Shown in pieces: positions 52,240 to 64,000 of a stretch of DNA of 64,000 nucleotides. The notes beneath the pieces were generated by a model. It was not told the origin of the DNA and did not search any database. It worked only from the letters and a program-made list of their open reading frames with translations. Each line of letters opens with the position of its first letter. Position 1 is the first letter of the stretch. Origin of the DNA: Eledone cirrhosa. Lineage: Eukaryota. Location: the NCBI GenBank assembly GCA_964016885.1, contig OZ024763.1, positions 13,578,001-13,642,000 on the forward strand, read 5' to 3'. The position numbers and the translations under genes are program-made.

Positions 52240-53460
52240 ATGCTGGGTTAACAGTTGTTTCTGTAGAGGTTCAGTGGTAGTGATAGGGTTAACTGCGGTA
52301 GGTCAACAAGTCAGTGGTAGAGACAGGGTTAACTGTGTGGTAGGTCAACAAGTCAGTGGTAGTGGGTGGGTTAACAGGTCAGTGGTAGAGACAGGGTTAA
52401 CTGTGTGGTAGGTTAACAGGTCAGGATAGAGATAGGGTTAACTGTGGTGGGTTAACAGGTCAGTGGTAGAGACAGGGTTAACTGCATGGTAGTGATAGGG
52501 TTAACTGTTGTGGGTTAACAGGTCAGTGGTAGAGGCAGAGTTAACTGTGCAGTGGGTTAACAGATCAGTGGTAGAGACGGTTAACTGTGTAGTGGGTTAA
52601 CAGGTCAGTGGTAAAGACAGGGTTAACTGTGTGGTAGGTTAACAGGTCAGTGGTAGTGGTAGGGTTAACTGTGCAGGTCAGGGTTAACTGTGGTGGTTTA
52701 ACATGTCAGTGAATATAAGGGACAGGGTTATGAATGTGGTAGATAGTCAGTGTTAGAGACTGGGTTAACTGTGTGATAGGGTAACATGTCAGTGAGAAGT
52801 CAGTCAGGTAAGGAAAAGGTTAACAGTGATGTAGGCTAACAGATAAATTAGTAGTCAGTCAGTGACAGGGTTAACTGTATGGTGGGTTAACAGGTCAGTA
52901 AGTTGTTGGGACATGGAAAACTGTTGTCAGTGGGAGGTCAGTAAGTGGTGGTGACAGGGTTGTGTGGTGGGTTAACAGGTCAGTGGGAGGTCAGTAAGTG
53001 GTGGTGACAGGGTTAATTGTGTGGTGGGTTAACAGGTCAGTGGGAGGTCAGTAAGTGGTGGTGACAGGGTTAATTGTGTGGTGGGTTAACAGGTCAGTGG
53101 GAGGTCAGTAAGTGGCAGTGACAGGGTTAATTGTGTGGTGGGTTAACAGGTCAGTGGGAGGTCAGTAAGTGGTGGTGGCAGGGTTAATTGTGTGGTGGGT
53201 TAACAGGTCAGTGAGAGGTCAGTAAGTGGTGGTGACAGGGTTAATTGTGTGGTGGGTTAACAGGTCAGTAAGTGGTGGTGACAGGGTTAATTGTGTGGTG
53301 GGTTAACAGGTCAGTGGGAGGTCAGTAAGTGGTGGTAACAGGGTTAATTGTGTGGTGGGTTAACAGGTCAGTGGGAGGTCAGTAAGTGGTGGGGACAGGG
53401 TTAATTGTGTGGTGGGTTAACTTGTCTCTATAAAATGTCCGTGGTAAGGAGTGGGTTAAC
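52240..53460. repeat. GGGTTAAC-rich degenerate repeat, 57-bp unit at 52980-53420
   Basis: cagtgggaggtcagtaagtggtggtgacagggttaattgtgtggtgggttaacaggt. Confidence 0.88.
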
Positions 53461-53550
53461 TATGGTGTGACAGTTGCCAGTGGAGAAGACCCTTTAAATA
53501 AATGGTCATCAGGCCGTAACAGAGTCCAGATTTGTGGGAGAGACATCCAT
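53456..53550 (-). CDS. C16orf89: UPF0764 / C16orf89-like terminal coding exon
   Basis: catttcag|AT GGA TGT..., DGCLSHKSGLCYGLMTIYLKGLLHWQLSHHS* (family DGCxSH motif), TAA at 53458-53456. Confidence 0.85.
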
Positions 53551-53829
53551 CTGAAATGACAAGTAATGTAATAGTATATATTTACTGATCAAAAATTGTG
53601 TCAAATATATATATGTATATATAAGATGCTGATGTTACATAAATCTTTTATTTATAATAATTATTTCAACGGTTCTCTTATGCAATCCAAGATGTAATTC
53701 ATGCATTTGTTGTTGTTATGAGAATGGTATCTTCAGATGAAATTCGATCATGTGATATGCCGCAGGCAGAAAAAACATGTCCTTCTGTTCATGTGCCCTG
53801 CAGACATATAAGTTCCTAAAAGGGTCTTA

Positions 53830-55170
53830 TATGATTTGGTCCTTATAGCTGAATCCATAAAAGAACTAGAGAATAAGTTTTGACTATAGAAACTGAATTT
53901 GGAATCAAAAGGCCCGAGAGTAAACTTAGCCAAGAGAATATAGGACCCTGATTCCTTCAGGAAAGTGGCTCTGCTTCAAATGTAGAAAAGGAGTAGGCAT
54001 AAATACCATACAATATACACAATGTAAATCTTGGGTTCACAATAGATGTACTGGGATAATGGGAAGACTAAAAGGAAGGGAGGACTTTGCATGAAGAAGA
54101 CACAGGAGAAATTGAGAGGAAGAGAGCCAGTGATATAAACCTCTTCCAGTCACAAGAAGGATCCATAGTAATAGTTGATAGCTTCTATGTACTATACATG
54201 CACCTTTGAAGTTGTAGTGCACCTGAGCTCTGTACACAATAATTTCATTATTGTTTCTACTATTGGCACAAGGCCAGCAATTACCCAGTACATTACTGGT
54301 ACTTTATTTTATCGACCCCGTAAGGATGAAAGGCAAAGTTAACCTCGGCGGGATTTGAACTCAGAACATAAAGGGCCATAACTCTCTGCTGCAAAGCATG
54401 GTGTCCGACCCTCTACCGATACTGCCAATGGCAGTATCGGTAGAGGGTCGGACACCATGCTTTGACGCATAGAGTTACGGCCCTTGCCATTCTGAGTTCA
54501 AATCCCGCCAAAGTTAACTTTACCTTTCATCCTTACGGGGTCGATAAAATAAAGTACCAGTAATGTACTGGGTAATTGCTGGCCTTGTGCCAATAGTAGA
54601 AACAATTATTATCTAGGTGACAATTAGCAGTGGAGGAGGGTGCTCTGAGAGTGTAATAGCTAAAATAAGGATAGGATGGAATAAGTTTAGAGAACTACTC
54701 CCACTGTTGAGAACAAAAGATTTCTCTATATACAAAGGGATGACAGTATGACACCTATGTGTGAAGTGTGAAGCTGAATGGTAGTGAAACATTGGCTGTG
54801 ACTGCGGAGGACATGCACAGACTGGAGAGAAATGAAGCAACCATGCTTCATTGGATGTCCAATGTAAGTGTGAGAGAAAGGCAGAGCTTGGGCAAGACAA
54901 GTGAAGGGAAAAGCTGGGTTTAAGGGGAATCCGAAGTGGCGTGCGGGAGAGAGAAGACTGCGTTGGTAAGGATGTGATGATCAATGGGGGGAGAGGGCGG
55001 AAGAAGTGCCAGGAAATTCCAGTGGAAGGAAGCTGCAGTAGAGGAAGACCAAGAAAAATCTGGGTAGAGGTGGTGAGAGCTGATCTCACTATCACTGAGA
55101 CTTACAGAGGAGATGAAGGACTGCTGTGAGTAGAGAGATGCTGAGAAGGCCCTATTCAACCCGTGATGAT
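53830..55170 (+). mobile_element. Highly decayed RTE LINE split by an inverted SINE pair (54248-54610)
   Basis: DLVLIAESIKELE..., resumes at 54612 with LGD-ISSGGGCSE..., GRPRKIW. Confidence 0.8.
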
Positions 55171-55213
55171 GATGTGTGTGTGGTACATACAATGAGAAAG
55201 AAGGACCTCTTAC

Positions 55214-55260
55214 CTTTCATTACCAGCTCACGCATTAATTTCCTCATGGTGGGAGATGAA
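55214..55260 (-). CDS. C16orf89: UPF0764 / C16orf89-like microexon (phase 2->1)
   Basis: ctttccag|T TCA..., [16 protein letters not shown], donor AAAG|gtaaga; bridges the phases of the flanking exons exactly. Confidence 0.8.
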
Positions 55261-55295
55261 CTGGAAAGATATATGTATATATATATATATATAAA

Positions 55296-55340
<45 letters not shown>

Positions 55341-55682
55341 GTGTGTATTTGTGTATATATATATATATGTATATATATTTGTATTTATCTATATATATAT
55401 ATGTATGTATATATGTATATATATATATATGTATGTATATATGAATATATATATGTATGTATACATGTATGCATATATATATGTATATGTATGTATGTAT
55501 ATGTATATGTATGTACATGTATATATATATATGTATATATATGTATGTATATGTATATATATTTATATATATGTATATGTATATATATGTATATATATGT
55601 ATATGTATATATATGTATATGTATATATATGTGTATATGTATATATATGTATATGTATATGTATATATATATGTATATATAT

Positions 55683-56400
55683 TGTTTTCGTGCAGCCTCC
55701 AAACCCCACAGTGGTGCCTGGCTCCATGCTCTGCCCTCCTTCTCCACTGGCACGCAGCTGGACAACCATAGCCTGCGAATCGGCGTTTCCATGAGGCTCG
55801 GCCTCCGGATCTGCCAACCACACAAATGTCGCTGCGGTTCCACCGTGGACTCTTTCGGACTCCACCCGCTTTCCTGTCGCCACAGTGCCGGCCGCATTCC
55901 ACGCAATGCTGCCCTCAACGAGGTCATTAAGCATGGCTTGGACGCTGCAGGCTTCCCTTCCCAGCTCGAGCCGGTGGGGCTGGATCGAGGGGACGGCAAA
56001 AGGCCAGATGGCATGACCATCTTCCCGTTCCGCGGTGGCAAACCCCTCGTCTGGGATGCCACTTGCACCGACACTTTCTGCAGCCGCAACCTGGTGCAGT
56101 CTGCGACTGACCCAGGCTCTGCCGCACGTCGGGCTGAGGGGGGCCAAACTCCTCAAATACCGGTCGCTCTCCGACAGGTTTGCGGTCGTACCCCTGGCAG
56201 TGGAGACTTCTGGTGTCCTCGGCCCCAGGGCTACCTCCTTACTCACCACCATAGGCGCTGAGCTGGCCAGCCGCAGGTGTGAGCCCCGCGAGTTGGAGTG
56301 GCTCTTCCAGCGCGTCTCCCTTGCTGTCCTCCGGGGAAACGCCTTCTCCATTCTGTCCTCCGGGGCTGTGGGTGGGCCCCATCGTGTACCAATACATTAG
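55683..56400 (+). mobile_element. CRE-clade-like non-LTR retrotransposon 3' end (Zn knuckle + restriction-like endonuclease)
   Basis: SGAWLHALP...RLG...CRC...H..SC, RPDG...WDAT, KY...[20 protein letters not shown]; a single +1 G frameshift at 56138-56143; GC-rich. Confidence 0.8.
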
Positions 56401-56863
56401 TTAAATACCATTCTTTCATCTGAATTATCTATTTGTGCAAATAGTCTCTTACAACAAAATAGCTCTAAGAAAGAGATATTTCCGCCAAGCCGTATATTAT
56501 AATTGTTTCTACTTTTGGCACAAGGCCAGCAATTATCCCAGTGTATTACTGGTACTTTATTTTATCGACCCCATAAGGATGAAAGGCAAAGTTAACCTCG
56601 GCAGGATTTGAACTCAGAATGGCAAGGGCCGTAACTCTATGCGTCAAAGCATGTCGTCCGACCCCCTACCGATACTGCCAATCCACTGCCGTATATTATA
56701 ATAGAATATAGATATATATATATATACGAGCCGTATATTATAATATACGAGCCGTATATTATAATATACGAGCCGTATATTCATCATATTATAATAGAAT
56801 ATAAATATATATATATATATATCAAATAGACCACAATATAGTGAGAGATAAAAGATTTATTAC

Positions 56864-56993
56864 CGGGATGTGGAGGCAGACTTATCCATTGTTTTCTCTG
56901 TGAAGCAACCACTTGAACTCTGCCATCTCAACACCATCTTTATCCAATCTACACGCAAAAAGTTCTGGAAACCATATTGGGCACAGAGAAAAT
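56864..56993 (-). CDS. C16orf89: UPF0764 / C16orf89-like exon (phase 1->2)
   Basis: ttttgtag|AT..., NFLCAQYGFQNFLRVDWIKMVLRWQSSSGCFTEK...; matches the C..GF..F...W...ILxWQ...GCF motif; donor CG|gtaata. Confidence 0.88.
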
Positions 56994-57184
56994 CTACAAA
57001 AGAGGAGAAATAAATATATCATCATTATCATCATTATCCTCATATGTCCATTTTTCACGCCAGCTTGGGTTAGGTGGATTTGTCCCATTTGAGGTAAGTT
57101 GGGTCGGGTGACCATGTCCTACTCATATAGGACTGTTTCTGGCTAGGTTTCTACAGCTGGATGCCCTTCCTAATTCTAACCACA

Positions 57185-57812
57185 TTTACAGTGTCTGCTG
57201 GGTGTTTTTTGTCCTGGCTCCTACACAACTATTTTACAGTGAGTGTGACGTTTTGTCGTGACACCTAAATGACCACTTTACAGTGTGGGCTGGGTACTTT
57301 TTGTAGTGACTCCTAAATGACCACTTTACAGTGTGGGCTGGGTACTTTTTGTAGTGACACCTAAATGACCACTTTACAGTGTGGGCTGGGTACATTTTGT
57401 AGTGACACCTAAATGACCACTTTACAGTGTGGGCTGGGTACTTTTTGTAGTGACTCCTAAATGACCACTTTACAGTGTGGGCTGGGTACATTTTGTAGTG
57501 ACACCTAAATGACCACTTTACCGTGTGGGCTGGGTACTTTTAGTAGTGACACCTAAATGACCACTTTACAGTGTGGGCTGGGTACTTTTTGTAGTGACTC
57601 CTAAATGACCACTTTACAGTGTGGGCTGGGTACATTTTGTAGTGACACCTAAATGACCACTTTACCGTGTGGGCTGGGTACTTTTAGTAGTGACACCTAA
57701 ATGACCACTTTACAGTGTGGGCTGGGTACTTTTAGTAGTGACACCTAAATGACCACTTTGCAGTATGGGCTGGGTGCTTTTTACTGTGACACCTACATGA
57801 CCACTTTACAGT
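57185..57812. repeat. 48-bp minisatellite, ~12 copies, SINE-derived
   Basis: accactttacagtgtgggctgggtactttttgtagtgacacctaaatg. Confidence 0.95.
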
Positions 57813-58224
57813 ATATATATATAGTTATGTAATAAACAACATAAGATAATTATTTCATTTACCAGTGGTTTCTTGAAAGAAATAATTATCTTATGTTGTT
57901 TATTACATAACTAATAAGCTCTGTAACCTTCATAGAGCACTCTTTTTTCCTGGACCTTTCCGACGGAATTACTTCATATATATATATATATATATATGTG
58001 TATATAGTTGATGGCTGAGAGAAAAGAGTACTCAATACCGGAGTAGAGTTTTAATATTTACTTTATTAAGGCTAAATCGTGAGTCTTCTTACTGTAGAGT
58101 TTTGCCTGTTTATCACAGGGTTATCAGACAAGAATTAACAGTTTCAATACCAGACACAGTATAAATAAAGGAAGATTCGAGGTGGGAAGGGGATTTAATT
58201 GGGGAAAGGTAATTATGATAGGGT

Positions 58225-58520
58225 ATAAGAAGGATAAGGTGTGGTGTGCAGGAGAGAAGGCTGAGATGGTATGGACATGTGATGCACATGGAGGATGACC
58301 GGTGGGTAAAGAAGTGCCAAGAAATCCCAGTAGAAGGAAGACGCAGTAGAGGAAGACCACGTAAAACATGGGCGGAGGTGGTGAGAGCAGACCTCAGATC
58401 GCTGAAGCTCACAGTAGAGATGAGGAAGGACCGTGACAAGTGGAGAGATGCTGTGCTGAATAGGACCCGTCCCACCCTTGCAAGCAGGGAAAAGCGGACT
58501 TAAAATAATGATGATGATGA
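58225..58520 (+). mobile_element. RTE LINE 3' end
   Basis: ORF 58246-58503 RLRWYGHV..GRPRKTW, (GAT)n tail. Confidence 0.85.
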
Positions 58521-58925
58521 TGGACAGAGTGGAGGTGTCTGCTATTGAAACGTTAGTTCATGTCTGATGACCCTCTGATAAACAGGCAAATATCCAGAGT
58601 AACAAGACTCATTATTTAGCCTTAATAAAATGAATATATATATATATATATATATATATCAACTAGAAATTGATTGACATATATATATATATATATATAA
58701 AATAAACATATGAAACAATCAGGGAATAATTTGTAAAGTGTGTAAGCACACACAGCTAGGTAGGTAACTAATTAAAGTTTAACTAGAACTTCAAATATAG
58801 ATACATTTTAAAAGGTATTTAAAATGTGTCTATATTTGAAGTTCTAGTTAAACTTTAATTAGTTACCTACATAGCTATGTGTGCTTACACACTTTACAAA
58901 TTATTCCCTGATTGTTTCATATGTT

Positions 58926-58968
<43 letters not shown>

Positions 58969-59454
58969 AATCAATTTCTAGTTGATATAAAATGCTCGGA
59001 TCTATTCATTGGAATCTTTGAGCTTATTCTACAGTGGATATGGGGCATGTCTCTCAGACATGACACCCTTAATTTAATTTTGGATATATATATATATAAA
59101 AAGGAACGATCGACTTTTTTGTCAAATCGGACCGAGGGAACAATGTTTCCGTTGGTCTTTCCAATTGCTAATACTATCTATCGGTCGCAACTCCAGTAGA
59201 AGGAGCAACGTGTAATAAAGTGTCTTGCTCAAGGACATAGCGCATCGCCTGGTCTAGGAATCGAACTCACAACCTTACAATTGCGAATCCAATTCCCTAA
59301 CCACTCAGCCACACGCCTTCACTTATATATATATATTTCCATGCAAACATGGAATATGGACGTTAAACGGTGATGATATATATAAAAGAGTGTTGTAGTT
59401 TGCTTGAAGCATTGTGGAATAAAAATGAATACTGGGTATGTTTAAGAAGCCATT

Positions 59455-60510
59455 ACATCACCATCATCACCAACAACAACAACACTACTACCACCATCTC
59501 CAACAACAACATCAACAACAACACCACCAACAACAACACCAACACCACCACCACCACCAACAACACCACCACCACCACCAACAACACCACTAACAACAAC
59601 AACAACAGCACCACCAACACCACCAACACCACCAACAACAACAACAAAAGCACCACCAACACCACCACCAACACCACCAACACCACCAACAACAACAACA
59701 ACACCACCACCACCACCAACACCACCACCAACAACAACAACACCACAACCAACACCAACAACAACACCTCCACCACTAACAACACCAACAACAACAACAA
59801 CACCACCACCAACAACACCAACACCGCCACCACCACTAACAACACCAACAACACCACCACCAGCACCACCAACACCAACAACACCACCAACAACAACAAC
59901 ACCACCACCAACACCACCAACAACACCAACACCGCCACCACCACTAACAACACCAACAACACCACCACCAGCACCACCAACACCAACAACACCACCAACA
60001 ACAACAACACCACCACCAACACCACCAACAACACCAACACCGCCACCACCACTAACAACACCAACAACACCACCACCAGCACCACCAACACCAACAACAC
60101 CACCAACAACAACAACACCACCACCAACACCACCAACAACACCAACAACAACACCTCCACCACTAACAACACCAACAACAACAACAACACCAACACCACC
60201 ACCAACAACACCACCACCGCCACCACCACTAACAACACCAACAACACCACCACCAGCACCACCAACACCAACAACACCAACAACACCAACAACAACACCA
60301 CCACCACTAACAACACCAACAACAACAACACCAACAACACCAACAACAACAACACCAACACCACCACCACCAACAACACCAACAACAACACCACCACCAA
60401 CAACAACAACAACACCACCAACAACACCAACACCACCACCACCACTAACAACACCAACAACAACACCACCACCAGCACCACCAACACCAACAACACCAAC
60501 ACCACCACCT
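59455..60510. repeat. (AAC/ACC)n array
   Basis: direct reading. Confidence 0.95.
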
Positions 60511-60537
60511 ATCACCAAACAGTTGAAGTAATCTCAC

Positions 60538-60697
60538 TATATTCAGCAAAAAGATCCTGGTGTATGGTGTCCACGTAGCCATTGTTCGACAATTGGTCAG
60601 CCTCGTTGTACATCTTAGCACACAGCTGTCTCTGGATAGCTGACACTGTAGGCTGTTTCTGGAACTTTTCAAAACCTGCTCGGACACTGCAGTTATT
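60538..60697 (-). CDS. C16orf89: UPF0764 / C16orf89-like exon (phase 0->1)
   Basis: ttgtag|AAT..., NNCSVRAGFEKFQKQPTVSAIQRQLCAKMYNEADQLSNNGYVDTIHQDLFAEY; family-like C..M..E...DLFxE segment; donor A|gtgaga. Confidence 0.85.
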
Positions 60698-60922
60698 CTA
60701 CAATAACAAGGAGCACATCTATCACATTAGGATGTATTTGAAGTATTTTTTTTTTAAATGTATATATATACAGTAAGTAAGGTACTCAATACATAGCAGA
60801 GTATAAATATTTAATATAGAAATAGCTTCTACAGGACTAGAACTGTTTCATTCGGGAGAAATCATCAGGGACGATTTCTCCCGAATGAAACAGTTCTAGT
60901 TCTGCAGAAGCCATTTCTATAT

Positions 60923-60971
<49 letters not shown>

Positions 60972-61031
60972 CCCATGCCAGCATGGAAAAGTGGATGTAA
61001 AAACAATGATGATGATGATGGAATATATATA

Positions 61032-61074
<43 letters not shown>

Positions 61075-61461
61075 ATACTTTGGGAGGGTCATGTTGCCAA
61101 TAAGAAACACACGCACCAGTTGCTTTCACTTCAATTTATTATAAATTAAATTTATAAATTTAGGAATTTATAAATTTCCGCTTGGTTGGTTGGTTCCAGA
61201 ATGTGTGGCAAAAGAACTTTGACAATATATGAACAACCGTCCGGTTGTGGAACCAACCAACCAACCAACCAACCAACCAACCAACCGGAAATTTATAAAT
61301 TTATAAATTTAATTTATAATAAATTGAAGTGAAAGCAACTGGTGCGTGTGTTTCTTATTGGCAACATGACCCTCCCAAAGTATAACAATATCAGTTTCAA
61401 CACACGTTTTCAGATAAAGAATCTTGCTAAACAAATTCAGAAATGAAATATATATATATAC

Positions 61462-61925
61462 ATATGATGCCTGTGTGAGATGTGCAATGCTGCATGGTAG
61501 TGAGACATGGGCAGCAACTGCAGAGGACATGCGATGGCTGGACAGAAATGAAGCAAGCATGCTCCATTGGATGTGCAATGTCAATGTGTGTGAACGACCA
61601 AGCATAGATGAGTTGAGAGAGAAACTGTGTATAAGAGGAATAAACTGTAGTGTGTGGGAGAGAAGACTGCGTTGGTATGGACATGTGATGTGCATGGAAG
61701 ATGACTGTTGGGTAAAGATGTGCCAAGAAATCCTGGTGGAAAGAAGATGCAGTAGAGGAAGACCATTAAAATCATGGGTGGAGGTGGTGAGAGCAGACCT
61801 CAGATCACTGAAGCTCACGGAGGAGATGATGAAGGACCGTGATGAATGGAGAGATGCTGTGCTGAATAGGACCCATCCTACTCTTGCAAGCAGGGAAAAG
61901 CAGATATAAAATGATGATGATGAAG
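61462..61925 (+). mobile_element. RTE LINE 3' fragment
   Basis: YDACVRCAMLHGSETW...RLRWYGHV, (GAT)n tail. Confidence 0.85.
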
Positions 61926-62120
61926 ATTATGATATTCATATGTTTTAATTTCCATCTATAGACACAATATTTGTTGACCTCAAAACTGAGATGAAGGTTT
62001 TAAAGATCATCTATAGACAACATCTTGACCACCCAACTAGGATCAATGTTTAAACACCATCTATATACAATACACATTGTGTTGACCACAAAATTAGGAT
62101 GAAGGTTTTAACATCTATAG

Positions 62121-62305
62121 CAAGGTTTCCCAAGCCTTTTCAAATGCAGAACCCTTCTTGGTTCAGAAACTTTTGGGGGAACCCCAAAGTCTAATACTGT
62201 TATATGGTTGTAATATAAATATACTCCTCTACCTTTTTTGAGAGAACCCTAGGCACTCCTTTACAGAACCCTTGGATTATGTGGAACCCACTTTGGGAAC
62301 CACTG
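62121..62305. mobile_element. hAT-type MITE
   Basis: TIRs CAAGGTTTCCCAA / TTGGGAACCACTG with a perfect 8-bp TSD ATCTATAG (62113-62120, 62306-62313). Confidence 0.85.
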
Positions 62306-62314
62306 ATCTATAGA

Positions 62315-62520
62315 CATCTTGACCGCATAACTGGGATCAAGGTTTTATACATCTTGACCACAAAACTGGGATCAAGGTTTTATACATCTTGAACACATAA
62401 CTGGGATCAAGGGTTTATACATCTTGACCACATAACTGGGATCAAGGTTTTATACATCTTGACCACAAAACTGGGATCAAGGTTTTATACATCTTGACCA
62501 CAAAACTGGGATCAAAGTTA
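62315..62520. repeat. 35-bp tandem repeat, ~6 copies
   Basis: catcttgaccacaaaactgggatcaaggttttata. Confidence 0.9.
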
Positions 62521-63223
62521 TACACACAACACATTGTGTTGATCTCAAAACTGAGGTCAAGGTTTTATAAACCAGCTTGACACTCCATTTCTTTTGACGT
62601 CATTTTACATCACCATGGTTACCACATCATTAAAACACTCAACTTCTCAAGGGCTTTCTACTTGTCTGGTGGTGGGGGTGGTAGTAGTTGTTGTTGGGGT
62701 GATGGTGGTATGAATGGTGGTTGTGTTGGCAGTGGTGGTGGTGGTGGTGGTTTTTATATGATACTGGTAGTGGTAGTGGCAGTGATGGTGGTGGTGGTAG
62801 TGGCAGTGATGGTGCTGGTGGTAGTGGCAGTGATGGTGATGGTGGCAGCAGTGATGGTGGTGCTGGTGGTAGTGGCAGTGATGGTGATGGTGGCAGCAGT
62901 GATGGTGGTGGTGGTGGTGGTAGATATCCTTTTATATCTATTCTCTATTTTTCGTAAATATACAATATTAAGTTGAATAATTATTTCTACTTTTGGCACA
63001 AGGCCAGCAATTATCCCAGTGCATTACTGGTACTTTATTTTATCGACCCCGTAAGGATGAAAGGCAAAGTTAACCTCGGCGGGATTTGAACTCAGATCAT
63101 AAAGGACCGTAACTTTATGCTACAAAGCATGGCGTCCGACCCTCTACCGATACTGCCAACCCACAGCCTTAATAATGATAATAATAATAATATTAATAAT
63201 AATAAAAGTAAAAGAGGTGATAC

Positions 63224-63338
63224 CATTTGAAGACATATGATGTAGAGGAGTTGGTGCGAGAGGTAGTAGCCCGTGGTGTTAGGTTTGGTCATAAAGTCCA
63301 GGCATTTGCTGGTCACACTGCACTTTGGTAACTGTTTC
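63224..63338 (-). CDS. C16orf89: UPF0764 / C16orf89-like protein, internal exon (phase 2->0)
   Basis: ttccag|G AAA..., KQLPKCSVTSKCLDFMTKPNTTGYYLSHQLLYIICLQM; resembles the family motif MTKPGxxGYxLSHQLL; donor ATG|gtatca. Confidence 0.85.
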
Positions 63339-63420
63339 CTGGAATGGACAATGAAAGACAAGGAGGAGGTGGTAGTAGAGAGGGTGCTGAGTTAATATAC
63401 ACGTTGACATATATAACATA

Positions 63421-63878
63421 CTAGCAGTGGTACCCGGCGTTGCACGGGATAAGGTGTTTTGGAACGCGGGCCGCCAACAGACCTAATCGTGGAAAAACTG
63501 CATGCCTGGACAATATGCAAAGAAAATAAACCGAATACTCTGATGGCTGGATAATCTTTAAGATTCTCCTCGATGAAGCAGGAAAAATGCAGGTTTTCAC
63601 CTAATGCGGGCCCTAGGGGGTCAAGAAAATGAATCTTTTTATGTGCATAATATGCCTTGAAATTTCTGGAAAATCGGCTAGACGTAAAGCCTCAAAAAAG
63701 CCCTAAAAAGTTGAATAAATGAAGTTTTTCACCTAATGCGGGCCCTAAAAAGTTGAATAAATGAAGTTTTTCACCTAATGCGGGCCCTATGTGCATAATA
63801 CTCCCTGAAACATAAGTAATACACATGTAAAGTTTGAAAAAAATTGGTTGGGTACTTCTCAAGTTTTAGGGATTCAAA

Positions 63879-63939
<61 letters not shown>

Positions 63940-63960
63940 CCTCAGTTTTATATATATAGA
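63421..63960 (-). mobile_element. Non-autonomous Helitron
   Basis: - strand A|TC...(TG)n...hairpin CCCGTGCAACGCCGGG...CTAG|T; inserted between A and T with no TSD. Confidence 0.8.
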
Positions 63961-64000
63961 TATATATATGTACATGGCATGGACCTGTAACTCCTGAGAG

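Noticed and set aside
52240-53460. Interstitial telomeric repeat
   Set aside because: GGGTTA occurs singly within longer units, not as tandem (TTAGGG)n.
59370-60578. Thr/Asn mucin-like ORF (also 1371-2784, 4526-5377, 35818-36648)
   Set aside because: Intronic trinucleotide arrays.

Overview
Repeat-rich, AT-rich eukaryotic DNA, most likely octopus/coleoid cephalopod (inferred from the 5S rRNA-derived sequence and the SINE/RTE repertoire). It holds two convergent spliced genes, both starting outside the window. (1) A + strand gene with 19 GT-AG exons that join in frame (455-44214, about 1,455 aa); the protein is low-complexity with no domain I recognise, contains a 22x 12-aa His/Gln repeat, and its introns alternate almost strictly between phase 1 and phase 0. 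(2) The last five exons of a UPF0764/C16orf89-like gene on the - strand (63338-53456). Introns and the intergenic region contain decayed RTE, Dong/R4, CRE-like and Tx1/L1-like LINE pieces, three or four SINE families, hAT, piggyBac and Tc1/mariner-like MITEs, a Helitron, a truncated 5S rRNA copy and many mini/microsatellites. Main unexplained signals: more than 12 fold-back inverted repeats anchored in (TA)n, several carrying minimal hammerhead ribozymes (Penelope-like); TE segments that repeatedly seed minisatellites; and the alternating-phase exon architecture. Most long ORFs in the supplied track are repeat artefacts. All calls were made by eye, with no database searches.
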